From positions 428,792,001 through 428,856,000 of the forward strand of contig OZ024740.1 of the NCBI GenBank assembly GCA_964016885.1: a DNA stretch of 64,000 bases, read 5' to 3'. Below the pieces are notes generated by a model. That model saw only the letters and a list, made by a program, of their open reading frames with translations. It was not told the DNA's origin and searched no databases. Shown here in pieces: positions 52,068 to 64,000 of this stretch; position 1 is the stretch's first letter, and every line of letters begins with the position of its first letter. The DNA is from Eledone cirrhosa (lineage: Eukaryota). The position numbers and the translations under genes were made by a program.

Positions 52068-52201
52068 GTATAAACCGAAGTTGCAGCTGCCGTGCAGCAG
52101 GAACTATTCGAGTCGTTTGTATATATATATACCAATTGATAAAGTGCCTCAAACAATTAGATTAGTACCTGCTATATGGCAGCTACGACTTCGATTCATA
52201 C
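52068..52201. repeat. Small fold-back with 39-bp imperfect inverted arms in (TA)n
   Basis: GTATAAACCGAAGTTGCAGCTGCC... versus ...GGCAGCTACGACTTCGATTCATAC. Confidence 0.7.
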
Positions 52202-52280
52202 TCGATATTTGTATATATATATATATATATATATTATGAAATACTGTTGGCTTCACGCTCACAATAATTTCTATACTTTC

Positions 52281-52341
<61 letters not shown>

Positions 52342-52790
52342 TAACTTGATGGCTTTGATAGGTTTCGGCCAGTATTGGCCCAGGCCATGTCTAACTTAAT
52401 AGCACCACCTAGCGAAGTTCTCAAATCAGGATTTGGACGCCATGGCCCACTCATGTAGAGAGTTATTGTTTACGGAGACATATCTGGGTGTAGGAGGTTT
52501 ATCTGGGATTTCTTAGAGGAATTTGTCCAAAGATTTTTGAAATTTATGGGATCTGTTTCTGTTTTAATGTGTTTTGGTGTAATGTTAAAGAGAGTGGGAC
52601 CAATTGAGGTGAAATAATTGTGCTGTATTGTTGTTATAAGATGTGAGTTTGATTTTTGTTGTGGGTGGATAGCACGGGACCAAAGCCTTGGGTGTAATTT
52701 AAAGATGATGCCAACATCATTTTGGGAATGCTGATGGAATATTTTCTATATCATACAGATAATGTAGCTCTGACGGCGGCATTGGAGATA
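52342..52790 (-). mobile_element. CR1/L2-group LINE 3' fragment
   Basis: LQCRRQSYII...KI...NYFTSIGPTLFNITPKHIK....FK resembles the SLQRRR...GPRLFNxLP...FK C-terminus. Confidence 0.75.
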
Positions 52791-53305
52791 GTTCATATAC
52801 TTGGAAAATATATTGAATACAAACAAAATATTTAAGGTACTGCATCACTGAACTAAAATGCCTTACTTTCATATTTTTTTGTACTTTCTACTTCTATAGT
52901 GTTTATAAAATATTGGAACTATGAAATAAAAGAAAAAAAAATAAGAGAAATTCTTTGACAGAAATCGTTTGGCACGAAGTTATAACCTTAAAAGTTTCAC
53001 AAGTGTTAAATTTAAAAAAATAAATGTAATTAGAAACACAAGAATTTTGGAATTGCTTCACGACTACTTTGGGATTTAACCAAAAATTCACAGACACTAA
53101 ATTCTAGAAAGAAATGTCATTCTATTATATGCTTTCCTATGTTTTGAAAAGAGAATTGGATTTTTTATTGTTTATCTAGACTCCTACTAATATTTATGCT
53201 GTTTCCAATTGATAAATTTGGACCATATATTAGCTTATATACACATGTACACACATACTTGTATATATACATATATATACGAATATATATATAGAATATG
53301 TTTAT

Positions 53306-53393
<88 letters not shown>

Positions 53394-53409
53394 ATATATA
53401 AACATATTT

Positions 53410-54166
53410 ATAAATGGAAAAGAATGAAACGAAATTTCATTTCTCACTCTTAGTACGGCTGATACTTAAATGTATGTATGTATACGTACATACATATATG
53501 TATACAGACGTAGAGTAGTATGTATATATATACATACATGCACACATATATATATGTACGTATGTGTTTACCGAACATTTATTATAATGTTCGGTTTGTT
53601 TGTAAACAAACAGCCCGAATTATGCCGTACAGTGTTCAGGCAACCATCGTCGCCTTTTTGTTCAACACTGACACAAGGACGATGTACTAGTTTCAAGCTC
53701 ATTAGCTATCGTCAGCACCGTATACCTTCCTGCCATATGATTGAACGTCTGAAAGTATATACTTTCCTTATGCATATTAACGGCTGAGCAGCCTAATTTG
53801 CATATCGAATAAGTTAGTCGGCCGGGCGCACCGAAAACGATAAATGGAAAAGAATGAAACGAAATTCATTTCTCACTCTTAGTACTGCAGTTACTTAAAT
53901 GTAAGTATGTATGTATACGTACATACATATATGTATACAGACGTACAGTAGTATGTATATATATATACATACATGCACACATATATATATGTACGTATGG
54001 GTTTACCCAACATTTATTATAATGTTCTGTTTGTTTGTAAATAAACAGCCCGAATTACGCCGTACAGTGTTCAGGGAACCATCGTCAGCTTTTTTTTTTG
54101 TTTTTTGTTTTTTTTTGTTTACAAACAAACCGAACATTATAATAAATGTTCGGTAAATCCATACGT

Positions 54167-54218
<52 letters not shown>

Positions 54219-54285
54219 ATGTATGTATATATATACATACTACTGTACGTCAGTATACATATATGTATGTACGTATACATACTAA
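53410..54285. repeat. ~250-bp unit duplicated directly (53410-53660, 53841-54090) and partly inverted (54117-54285)
   Basis: Shared ATAAATGGAAAAGAATGAAACGAAAT...ACATTTATTATAATGTTC.GTTTGTTTGTAAA and its reverse complement. Confidence 0.88.
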
Positions 54286-54374
54286 CATATTTATATATTT
54301 AGCAAAAGACCGATCATTTTTTTAAAGTATATAAATATAGATATATATATGTGTGGGTATATATATATACAGGC

Positions 54375-54432
<58 letters not shown>

Positions 54433-54864
54433 TTCATTATGTCTGACAGCTCTCTTTGTAAACGTTGTTGAAAATATGTTTATAATCCCGGTTTTCGCCT
54501 CATTCATTTTTGTCCGTATTTCCCCCTGTCTCTCCTTGCCTCTCTCTCTCTCTTTCTCTCTCTCTCCCTCACACTCTCCCTCTCTCTCTCTCTCTCTTTC
54601 TCTCACTCACACACACACTCTCTCTCGCTCTCTCTCTCTCTCTCACGGACACTCCCCCTCTCTCACTATTTCACTCTCCCTCTCTCTGTCTCTTTCTCTC
54701 TCTCTCTCTCTCTCCCTCTCTCTCCTTCTTATTCTCTAATTTAAGTATTCCTATGTATAAAAATAGAGAGAAAGTAGGACAAGTGCAGAGAGATTGAGAG
54801 AGCGAGAAATTTAGAAATAATATTTAATATGTACATTAAAATAGAAATTTATTGACTTGTTACC

Positions 54865-54976
<112 letters not shown>

Positions 54977-55841
54977 TGCGTGTGTGTGTTTGTGTGTGTG
55001 TATACATATGACAATGCCTATATATGAACAACTTAAATAGAAATAACAAAGCAAACGATACAGTACAATGTAAAAATATATTAGTTTAATGCTTGCTATA
55101 GTAAGAAAAGAGTCATAACGTTTCGAACACCAATCCTTCGTCGTGAGATAGAATGAGAAATAGATGAAATAGAACGATAGAGAGTGAAAAGAGGATGGAA
55201 CGGAAACAAATCTTTTTTGAGATAAAAAAAAAACACGTGTGTTTTCAGTGAGCCATTTTAGAGAATACTATTGAGCCCATTTGTGTATAATAAATTTACT
55301 AAAGTAAGTTTCGAGACAAAGAATAATTTTCAGTCTAAATAATCCAGTTTCATATGATATGATAGATATGATTCCACTGCAGCACCGTTTCCTCCAATAC
55401 TTTCACCTTAACTCACAAGAAGCGAACAATTATTCGAATATGACCAGAGATGTTACAGTTTCCGATCTCAGAAACGTTGTTTCCAGAAATGACGAAGAGT
55501 CTCTTACCTTGAAAGTCAAACTTACTAAGTGATATCTGCAGCAGGATGTAGTGTGACGTCCTTGTTGAAGATACGCTAACAGGACCAATAACAACTACCC
55601 CCGAATAAATGACATGGTGTGGTACTCCAGCGTCATCAGCGTCCCTGTGTCAGTACCGTCATTGTTAAGGTAAGCTGTGTTATGGACGCTACCTCGAAAA
55701 GGTACTGAGAAAACAGTGGTTACACAAACCACTCTCCGTGGAAAGGTGGAGGAATACAGTTTCTATTTTTAACCCAAAAATGTAATATGGATCGTTGACC
55801 TAACATCTCTATTGGTCAGTTGGTAAATAATAGTTGGGGAA

Positions 55842-56108
55842 GGCGCATGGCTTAGTGGTTAGAGCAATGGGCATGCAATCGAAAGGTTGTGTGTTCAATT
55901 CTCGGACTGGGTGATGTGTTGTTTCCTTGAGCAAGACACTTTATTTCACGTTGCACCAGTTTACTCAGCTGTAGAAATGAGATGATAGGTCCCTATCATT
56001 AAATTACCCAAGACACCTCCAACGAGATATACCTTGGAGTGTGAGCTGTCACACACACACACACACACATAGGCGTGAGCTGTCACACACACGCATAGGC
56101 GTGAGCTG

Positions 56109-56142
<34 letters not shown>

Positions 56143-56187
56143 GCGTGAGCAGTCACACACACATACATAGGTGTGAGCTGTCACACT
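55842..56187 (+). mobile_element. SINE family A with tandemly reiterated 3' terminus
   Basis: Matches 20583-20830; GTGAGCTGTCACAC(AC)n repeated 5 times. Confidence 0.85.
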
Positions 56188-56249
56188 CTCACAAATGCTA
56201 CTTTGATAAGTTAGAAATGTCTTAGCCGACTAAGAAATAGAGTTAGACC

Positions 56250-59200
56250 ATGTTGACGTTCAATATAGGTGAATACAGTCCCTCGAGTTGTCATGGCGAT
56301 GTTGACGTTCAATATAGGTGAATACAGTCCCTCGAGTTGTCATGGCGATGTTGACGTTCAATATAGGTGAATACAGTCCCTCCGGTTGTCATGGCGATGT
56401 TGACGTTCAATATAGGTGAATACAATTCCTCCAGTTGTCATGGCGATGTTGACGCTCAATATAGGTGAATACAGTCCCTCCAGTTGTCATGACGATGTTG
56501 TTGCTCAATATAGGTGAATACAGTCCCTCCAGTTGTCATGGCGATGTTGACGTTCAATATAGGTGAATACAGTCCCTCCAGTTGTCATGACGATGTTGAC
56601 GTTCAATATAGGTGAATACAGTCCCTCCAGTTGTCATGGCGATGTTGGCGCTCAATATAGGTGAATACAGTCCCTCCAGTTGTCATGGCGATGTTGGCGC
56701 TCAATATAGGTGAATACAGTCCCTCCAGTTGTCATGGCGATGTTGGCGCTCAATATAGGTGAATACAGTCCCTCCAGTTGTCATGACGATGTTGTTGCTC
56801 AATATAGGTGAATACAGTCCCTCCAGTTGTCATGGCGATGTTGACGTTCAATATAGGTGAATACAGTCCCTCCAGTTGTCATGACGATGTTGACGTTCAA
56901 TATAGGTGAATACAGTCCCTCCAGTTGTCATGGCGATGTTGGCGCTCAATATAGGTGAATAGAGTCCCTCCAGTTGTCATGGCGATGTTGACGTTCAATA
57001 TAGGTGAATACAGTCCCTCCAGTTGTCATGGCGATGTTGACGTTCAATATAGGTGAATACAGTCCCTCCAGTTGTCATGGCGATGTTGACGTTCAATATA
57101 GGTGAATACAGTCCCTCCAGTTGTCATGGCGATGTTGACGTTCAATATAGGTGAATACAGTCCCTCCAGTTGTCATGACGATGTTGTTGCTCAATATAGG
57201 TGAATACAGTCCCTCCAGTTGTCATGACGATGTTGTTGCTCAATATAGGTGAATACAGTCCCTCCAGTTGTCATGGCGATGTTGTTGCTCAATATAGGTG
57301 AATACAGTCCCTCCAGTTGTCATGACGATGTTGACGCTCAATATAGGTGAATACAGTCCCTCCAGTTGTCATGACGATGTTGACGTTCAATATAGGTGAA
57401 TACAGTCCCTCCAGTTGTCATGACGATGTTGTTGCTCAATAGAGGTGAATACAGTCCCTCCAGTTGTCATGACGATGTTGACGTTCAATATAGGTGAATA
57501 CAGTCCCTCCAGTTGTCATGGCGATGTTGTTGCTCAATATAGGTGAATACAGTCCCTCCAGTTGTCATGACGATGTTGACGTTCAATATAGGTGAATACA
57601 GTCCCTCCAGTTGTCATGACGATGTTGACGTTCAATATAGGTGAATACAGTCCCTCCAGTTGTCATGGCGATGTTGGCGCTCAATATAGGTGAATACAGT
57701 CCCTCCAGTTGTCATGACGATGTTGACGTTCAATATAGGTGAATACAGTCCCTCCAGTTGTCATGACGATGTTGACGCTCAATATAGGTGAATACAGTCC
57801 CTCCAGTTGCCATGACGATGTTGACGTTCAATATAGGTGAATACAGTCCCTCCAGTTGTCATGGCGATGTTGGCGCTCAATATAGGTGAATACAGTCCCT
57901 CCAGTTGTCATGGCGATGTTGTTGCTCAATATAGGTGAATACAGTCCCTCCAGTTGTCATGACGATGTTGACGCTCAATATAGGTGAATACAGTCCCTCC
58001 AGTTGTCATGACGATGTTGTTGCTCAATATAGGTGAATACAGTCCCTCCAGTTGTCATGGCGATGTTGACGTTCAATATAGGTGAATACAGTCCCTCCAG
58101 TTGTCATGACGATGTTGACGTTCAATATAGGTGAATACAGTCCCTCCAGTTGTCATGGCGATGTTGGCGCTCAATATAGGTGAATAGAGTCCCTCCAGTT
58201 GTCATGGCGATGTTGACGTTCAATATAGGTGAATACAGTCCCTCCAGTTGTCATGGCGATGTTGACGTTCAATATAGGTGAATACAGTCCCTCCAGTTGT
58301 CATGGCGATGTTGACGTTCAATATAGGTGAATACAGTCCCTCCAGTTGTCATGACGATGTTGTTGCTCAATATAGGTGAATACAGTCCCTCCAGTTGTCA
58401 TGACGATGTTGTTGCTCAATATAGGTGAATACAGTCCCTCCAGTTGTCATGGCGATGTTGTTGCTCAATATAGGTGAATACAGTCCCTCCAGTTGTCATG
58501 ACGATGTTGACGCTCAATATAGGTGAATACAGTCCCTCCAGTTGTCATGACGATGTTGACGTTCAATATAGGTGAATACAGTCCCTCCAGTTGTCATGAC
58601 GATGTTGTTGCTCAATATAGGTGAATACAGTCCCTCCAGTTGTCATGACGATGTTGACGTTCAATATAGGTGAATACAGTCCCTCCAGTTGTCATGGCGA
58701 TGTTGTTGCTCAATATAGGTGAATACAGTCCCTCCAGTTGTCATGACGATGTTGACGTTCAATATAGGTGAATACAGTCCCTCCAGTTGTCATGACGATG
58801 TTGACGTTCAATATAGGTGAATACAGTCCCTCCAGTTGTCATGGCGATGTTGGCGCTCAATATAGGTGAATACAGTCCCTCCAGTTGTCATGACGATGTT
58901 GACGTTCAATATAGGTGAATACAGTCCCTCCAGTTGTCATGACGATGTTGACGCTCAATATAGGTGAATACAGTCCCTCCAGTTGTCATGACGATGTTGA
59001 CGTTCAATATAGGTGAATACAGTCCCTCCAGTTGTCATGGCGATGTTGGCGCTCAATATAGGTGAATACAGTCCCTCCAGTTGTCATGGCGATGTTGTTG
59101 CTCAATATAGGTGAATACAGTCCCTCCAGTTGTCATGACGATGTTGACGCTCAATATAGGTGAATACAGTCCCTCCAGTTGTCATGACGATGTTGACGCT

Positions 59201-62200
59201 CAATATAGGTGAATACAGTCCCTCCAGTTGTCATGACGATGTTGACGTTCAATATAGGTGAATACAGTCCCTCCAGTTGTCATGGCGATGTTGGCGCTCA
59301 ATATAGGTGAATACAGTCCCTCCAGTTGTCATGGCGATGTTGTTGCTCAATATAGGTGAATACAGTCCCTCCAGTTGTCATGGCGATGTTGTTGCTCAAT
59401 ATAGGTGAATACAGTCCCCCCAGTTGTCATGACGATGTTGACGTTCAATATAGGTGAATACAGTCCCTCCAGTTGTCATGACGATGTTGACGTTCAATAT
59501 AGGTGAATACAGTCACTCCAGTTGTCATGGCGATGTTGACGTTCAATATAGGTGAATACAGTCCCTCCAGTTGTCATGACGATGTTGTTGCTCAATATAG
59601 GTGATTACAGTCCCTCCAGTTGTCATGACGATGTTGACGTTCAATATAGGTGAATACAGTCCCTCCAGTTGTCATGGCGATGTTGGCGCTCAATATAGGT
59701 GAATACAGTCCCTCCAGTTGTCATGGCGATGTTGTTGCTCAATATAGGTGAATACTGTCCCTCCAGTTGTCAAGACGATGTTGACGTTCAATATAGGTGA
59801 ATACAGTCCCTCCAGTTGTCATGGCGATGTTGTTGCTCAATATAGGTGAATACAGTCCCTCCAGTTGTCATGGCGATGTTGTTGCTCAATATAGGTGAAT
59901 ACAGTCCCTCCAGTTGTCATGGTGATGTTGTTGCTCAATATAGGTGAATACAGTCACTCCAGTTGTCATGGAGATGTTGACGTTCAATATAGGTGAATAC
60001 AGTCCCTCCAGTTTTCATGGCGATGTTGGCGCTCAATATAGGTGAATACAGTCCCTCCAGTTGTCATGGCGATATTGGCGCTCAATATAGGTGAATACAG
60101 TCCCTCCAGTTGTCATGACGATGTTGTTGCTCAATATAGGTGAATACAGTCCCTCCAGTTGTCATGACGATGTTGTTGCTCAATATAGGTGAATACAGTC
60201 CCTCCAGTTGTCATGGCGATGTTGGCGCTCAATATAGGTGAATACAGTCCCTCCAGTTGTCATGGCGATGTTGGCGCTCAATATAGATGAATACAGTCCC
60301 TCCAGTTGTAATGGCGTTGTTGGCGCTCAATATAGGTGAATACAGTCCCTCCAGTTGTCATGGCGATGTTGGCGCTCAATATAGGTGAATACAGTCCCTC
60401 CAGTTGTCATGGCGATGTTGACGTTCAATATAGGTGAATACAGTCCCTCCAGTTGTCAAGGCGATGTTGACGTTCAATATAGGTGAATACAGTCCCTCCT
60501 GTTGTCATGACGATGTTGACGTTCAATATAGGTGAATACAGTCCCTCCAGTTGTCATGACGATGTTGACGTTCAATATAGGTGAATACAGTCCCTCCAGT
60601 TGTCATGGCGATGTTGACGTTCAATATAGGTGAATACAGTCCCTCCTGTTGTCATGGCGATGTTGACGTTCAATATAGGTGAATACAGTCCCTCCAGTTG
60701 TCATGGCGATGTTGACGTTCAATATAGGTGAATACAGTCCCTCCAGTTGTCATGGCGATGTTGTTGCTCAATATAGGTGAATACAGTCCCGCCAGTTGTC
60801 ATGACGATTTTGACGTTCAATATAGGTGAATACAGTCACTCCAGTTGTCATGGCGATGTTGACGTTCAATATAGGTGAATACAGTCCCTCCAGTTGTCAT
60901 GACGATGTTGTTGCTCAATATAGGTGATTACAGTCCCTCCAGTTGTCATGACGATGTTGACGTTCAATATAGGTGAATACAGTCCCTCCAGTTGTCATGG
61001 CGATGTTGGCGCTCAATATAGGTGAATACAGTCCCTCCAGTTGTCATGGCGATGTTGTTGCTCAATATAGGTGAATACAGTCCCTCCAGTTGTCATGACG
61101 ATGTTGACGTTCAATATAGGTGAATACAGTCCCTCCAGTTGTCATGGCGATGTTGTTGCTCAATATAGGTGAATACAGTCCCTCCAGTTGTCATGGCGAT
61201 GTTGTTGCTCAATATAGGTGAATACAGTCCCTCCAGTTGTCATGGCGATGTTGTTGCTCAATATAGGTGAATACAGTCACTCCAGTTGTCATGGCGATGT
61301 TAACGTTCAATATAGGTGAATACAGTCCCTCCTGTTGTCATGGCGATGTTGACGTTCAATATAGGTGAATACAGTCCCTCCAGTTGTCATGGCGATGTTG
61401 ACGTTCAATATAGGTGAATACAGTCCCTCCAGTTGTCATGGCGATGTTGTTGCTCAATATAGGTGAATACAGTCCCGCCAGTTGTCATGACGATTTTGAC
61501 GTTCAATATAGGTGAATACAGTCACTCCAGTTGTCATGGCGATGTTGACGTTCAATATAGGTGAATACAGTCCCTCCAGTTGTCATGACGATGTTGTTGC
61601 TCAATATAGGTGATTACAGTCCCTCCAGTTGTCATGACGATGTTGACGTTCAATATAGGTGAATACAGTCCCTCCAGTTGTCATGGCGATGTTGGCGCTC
61701 AATATAGGTGAATACAGTCCCTCCAGTTGTCATGGCGATGTTGTTGCTCAATATAGGTGAATACAGTCCCTCCAGTTGTCATGACGATGTTGACGTTCAA
61801 TATAGGTGAATACAGTCCCTCCAGTTGTCATGGCGATGTTGTTGCTCAATATAGGTGAATACAGTCCCTCCAGTTGTCATGGCGATGTTGTTGCTCAATA
61901 TAGGTGAATACAGTCCCTCCAGTTGTCATGGCGATGTTGTTGCTCAATATAGGTGAATACAGTCACTCCAGTTGTCATGGCGATGTTGACGTTCAATATA
62001 GGTGAATACAGTCCCTCCAGTTGTCATGGCGATGTTGGCGCTCAATATAGGTGAATACAGTCCCTCCAGTTGTCATGGCGATGTTGGCGCTCAATATAGG
62101 TGAATACAGTCCCTCCAGTTGTCATGACGATGTTGTTGCTCAATATAGGTGAATACAGTCCCTCCAGTTGTCATGACGATGTTGTTGCTCAATATAGGTG

Positions 62201-64000
62201 AATACAGTCCCTCCAGTTGTCATGGCGATGTTGGCGCTCAATATAGGTGAATACAGTCCCTCCAGTTGTCATGGCGATGTTGGCGCTCAATATAGGTGAA
62301 TACAGTCGCTCCAGTTGTCATGGCGATGTTGGCGCTCAATATAGGTGAATACAGTCCCTCCAGTTGTCATGGCGATGTTGGCGCTCAATATAGGTGAATA
62401 CAGTCCCTCCAGTTGTCATGGCGATGTTGACGTTCAATATAGGTGAATACAGTCCCTCCAGTTGTCATGGCGATGTTGACGTTCAATATAGGTGAATACA
62501 GTCCCTCCAGTTGTCATGACGATGTTGACGTTCAATATAGGTGAATACAGTCCCTCCAGTTGTCATGACGATGTTGACGTTCAATATAGGTGAATACAGT
62601 CCCTCCAGTTGTCATGGCGATGTTGACGTTCAATATAGGTGAATACAGTCCCTCCAGTTGTCATGGCGATGTTGACGTTCAATATAGGTGAATACAGTCC
62701 CTCCAGTTGTCATGGCGATGTTGACGTTCAATATAGGTGAATACAGTCCCTCCAGTTGTCATGGCGATGTTGTTGCTCAATATAGGTGAATCCAGTCCCT
62801 CCAGTTGTCATGACGATGTTGTTGCTCAATATAGGTGAATACAGTCCCTCCAGTTGTCATGACGATGTTGTTGCTCAATATAGGTGAATACAGTCCCTCC
62901 AGTTGTCATGGCGATGTTGACCTTCAATATAGGTGAATACAGTCCCTCCAGTTGTCATGGCGATGTTGACGTTCAATATAGGTGAATACAGTCCCTCCAG
63001 TTGTCATGGCGATGTTGACGTTCAATATAGGTGAATACAGTCCCTCCAGTTGTCATGGCGATGTTGACGTTCAATATAGGTGAATACAGTCCCTCCAGTT
63101 GTCATGACGATGTTGACGTTCAATATAGGTGAATACAGTCCCTCCAATTGTCATGGCGATGTTGACGTTCAATATAGGTGAATACAGTCCCTCCAGTTGT
63201 CATGGCGATGTTGTTGCTCAATATAGGTGAATACAGTCCCTCCAGTTGTCATGACGATGTTGTTGCTCAATATAGGTGAATACAGTCCCTCCAGTTGTCA
63301 TGGCGATGTTGACGTTCAATATAGGTGAATACAGTCCCTCCAGTTGTCATGGCGATGTTGACGTTCAATATAGGTGAATACAGTCCCTCCAGTTGTCATG
63401 GCGATGTTGTTGCTCAATATAGGTGAATACAGTCCCTCCAGTTGTCATGACGATGTTGTTGCTCAATATAGGTGAATACAGTCCCTCCAGTTGTCATGAC
63501 GATGTTGTTGCTTAATATAGGTGAATACAGTCCCTCCAGTTGTCATGAGGATGTTGACGTTCAATATAGGTGAATACAGTCCCTCCAGTTGTCATGACGA
63601 TGTTGACGTTCAATATAGGTGAATACAGTCCCTCCAGTTGTCATGACGATGTTGACGTTCAATATAGGTGAATACAGTCCCTCCAGTTGTCATGGCGATG
63701 TTGACGTTCAATATAGGTGAATACAGGCCCTCCAGTTGTCATGGCGATGTTGACGTTCAATATAGGTGAATACAGTCCCGCCAGTTGTCATGACGATGTT
63801 GACGTTCAATATAGGTGAATACAGTCCCTCCAGTTGTCATGACGATGTTGACGTTCAATATAGGTGAATACAGTCCCTCCAGTTGTCATGACGATGTTGA
63901 CGTTCAATATAGGTGTATACAGTCCCTCCAGTTGTCATGACGATGTTGACGTTCAATATAGGTGAATACAGTCCCTCCAGTTGTCATGACGATGTTGACG
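56250..64000. repeat. 49-bp satellite, ~158 copies, continues past the window end
   Basis: Unit GATGTTGACGTTCAATATAGGTGAATACAGTCCCTCCAGTTGTCATGGC, with variants TTGGCGCTC/TTGTTGCTC/TTGACGCTC and CATGGC/CATGAC. Confidence 0.98.

Noticed and set aside
55110-55150. Further hammerhead-like GAAAC motifs (also ~17665, ~44460, ~45490, and CTGATGA at 15930 and ~49637)
   Set aside because: Only half of the core or no convincing stems; possibly decayed pLTRs, but not supportable individually.
56250-64000. CRISPR-like array
   Set aside because: Units are contiguous with no unique spacers, there are no cas genes, and the context is eukaryotic.

Overview
Repeat-dominated eukaryotic (animal) DNA. The SINE types and dense (TA)n/(CA)n/(TATG)n microsatellites suggest a cephalopod such as Octopus, but this is inference only. 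No prokaryotic features, CRISPR, rRNA or intact tRNA were seen. Main contents: (1) three Tx1/L1-group non-LTR retrotransposon copies (1-3020 minus, 22647-26680 plus with the RT domain deleted in frame, 40433-42770 plus), all abutting (TATC)n; (2) two R4/Dong-like RLE LINE 3' ends and three copies of a ~600-bp non-coding retroposon, all in (TATG)n; (3) a Penelope-like GIY-YIG fragment and many short (TA)n-embedded elements, several fold-back and several with hammerhead-ribozyme-like cores (best at 50340-50415); (4) CRE-, CR1/L2- and RTE-like fragments, a hAT transposase relic, non-autonomous Helitrons and two tRNA-derived SINE families; (5) large tandem arrays (51-bp, ~25-bp, ~20-bp, trinucleotide, and a 49-bp satellite with higher-order structure running off the end). 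A few small candidate exons of an unidentified host gene were found by eye (best: minus strand 49134-49204 joined to 34386-34443). Most long ORFs in the ORF track are microsatellite or satellite artefacts. Element boundaries are approximate.
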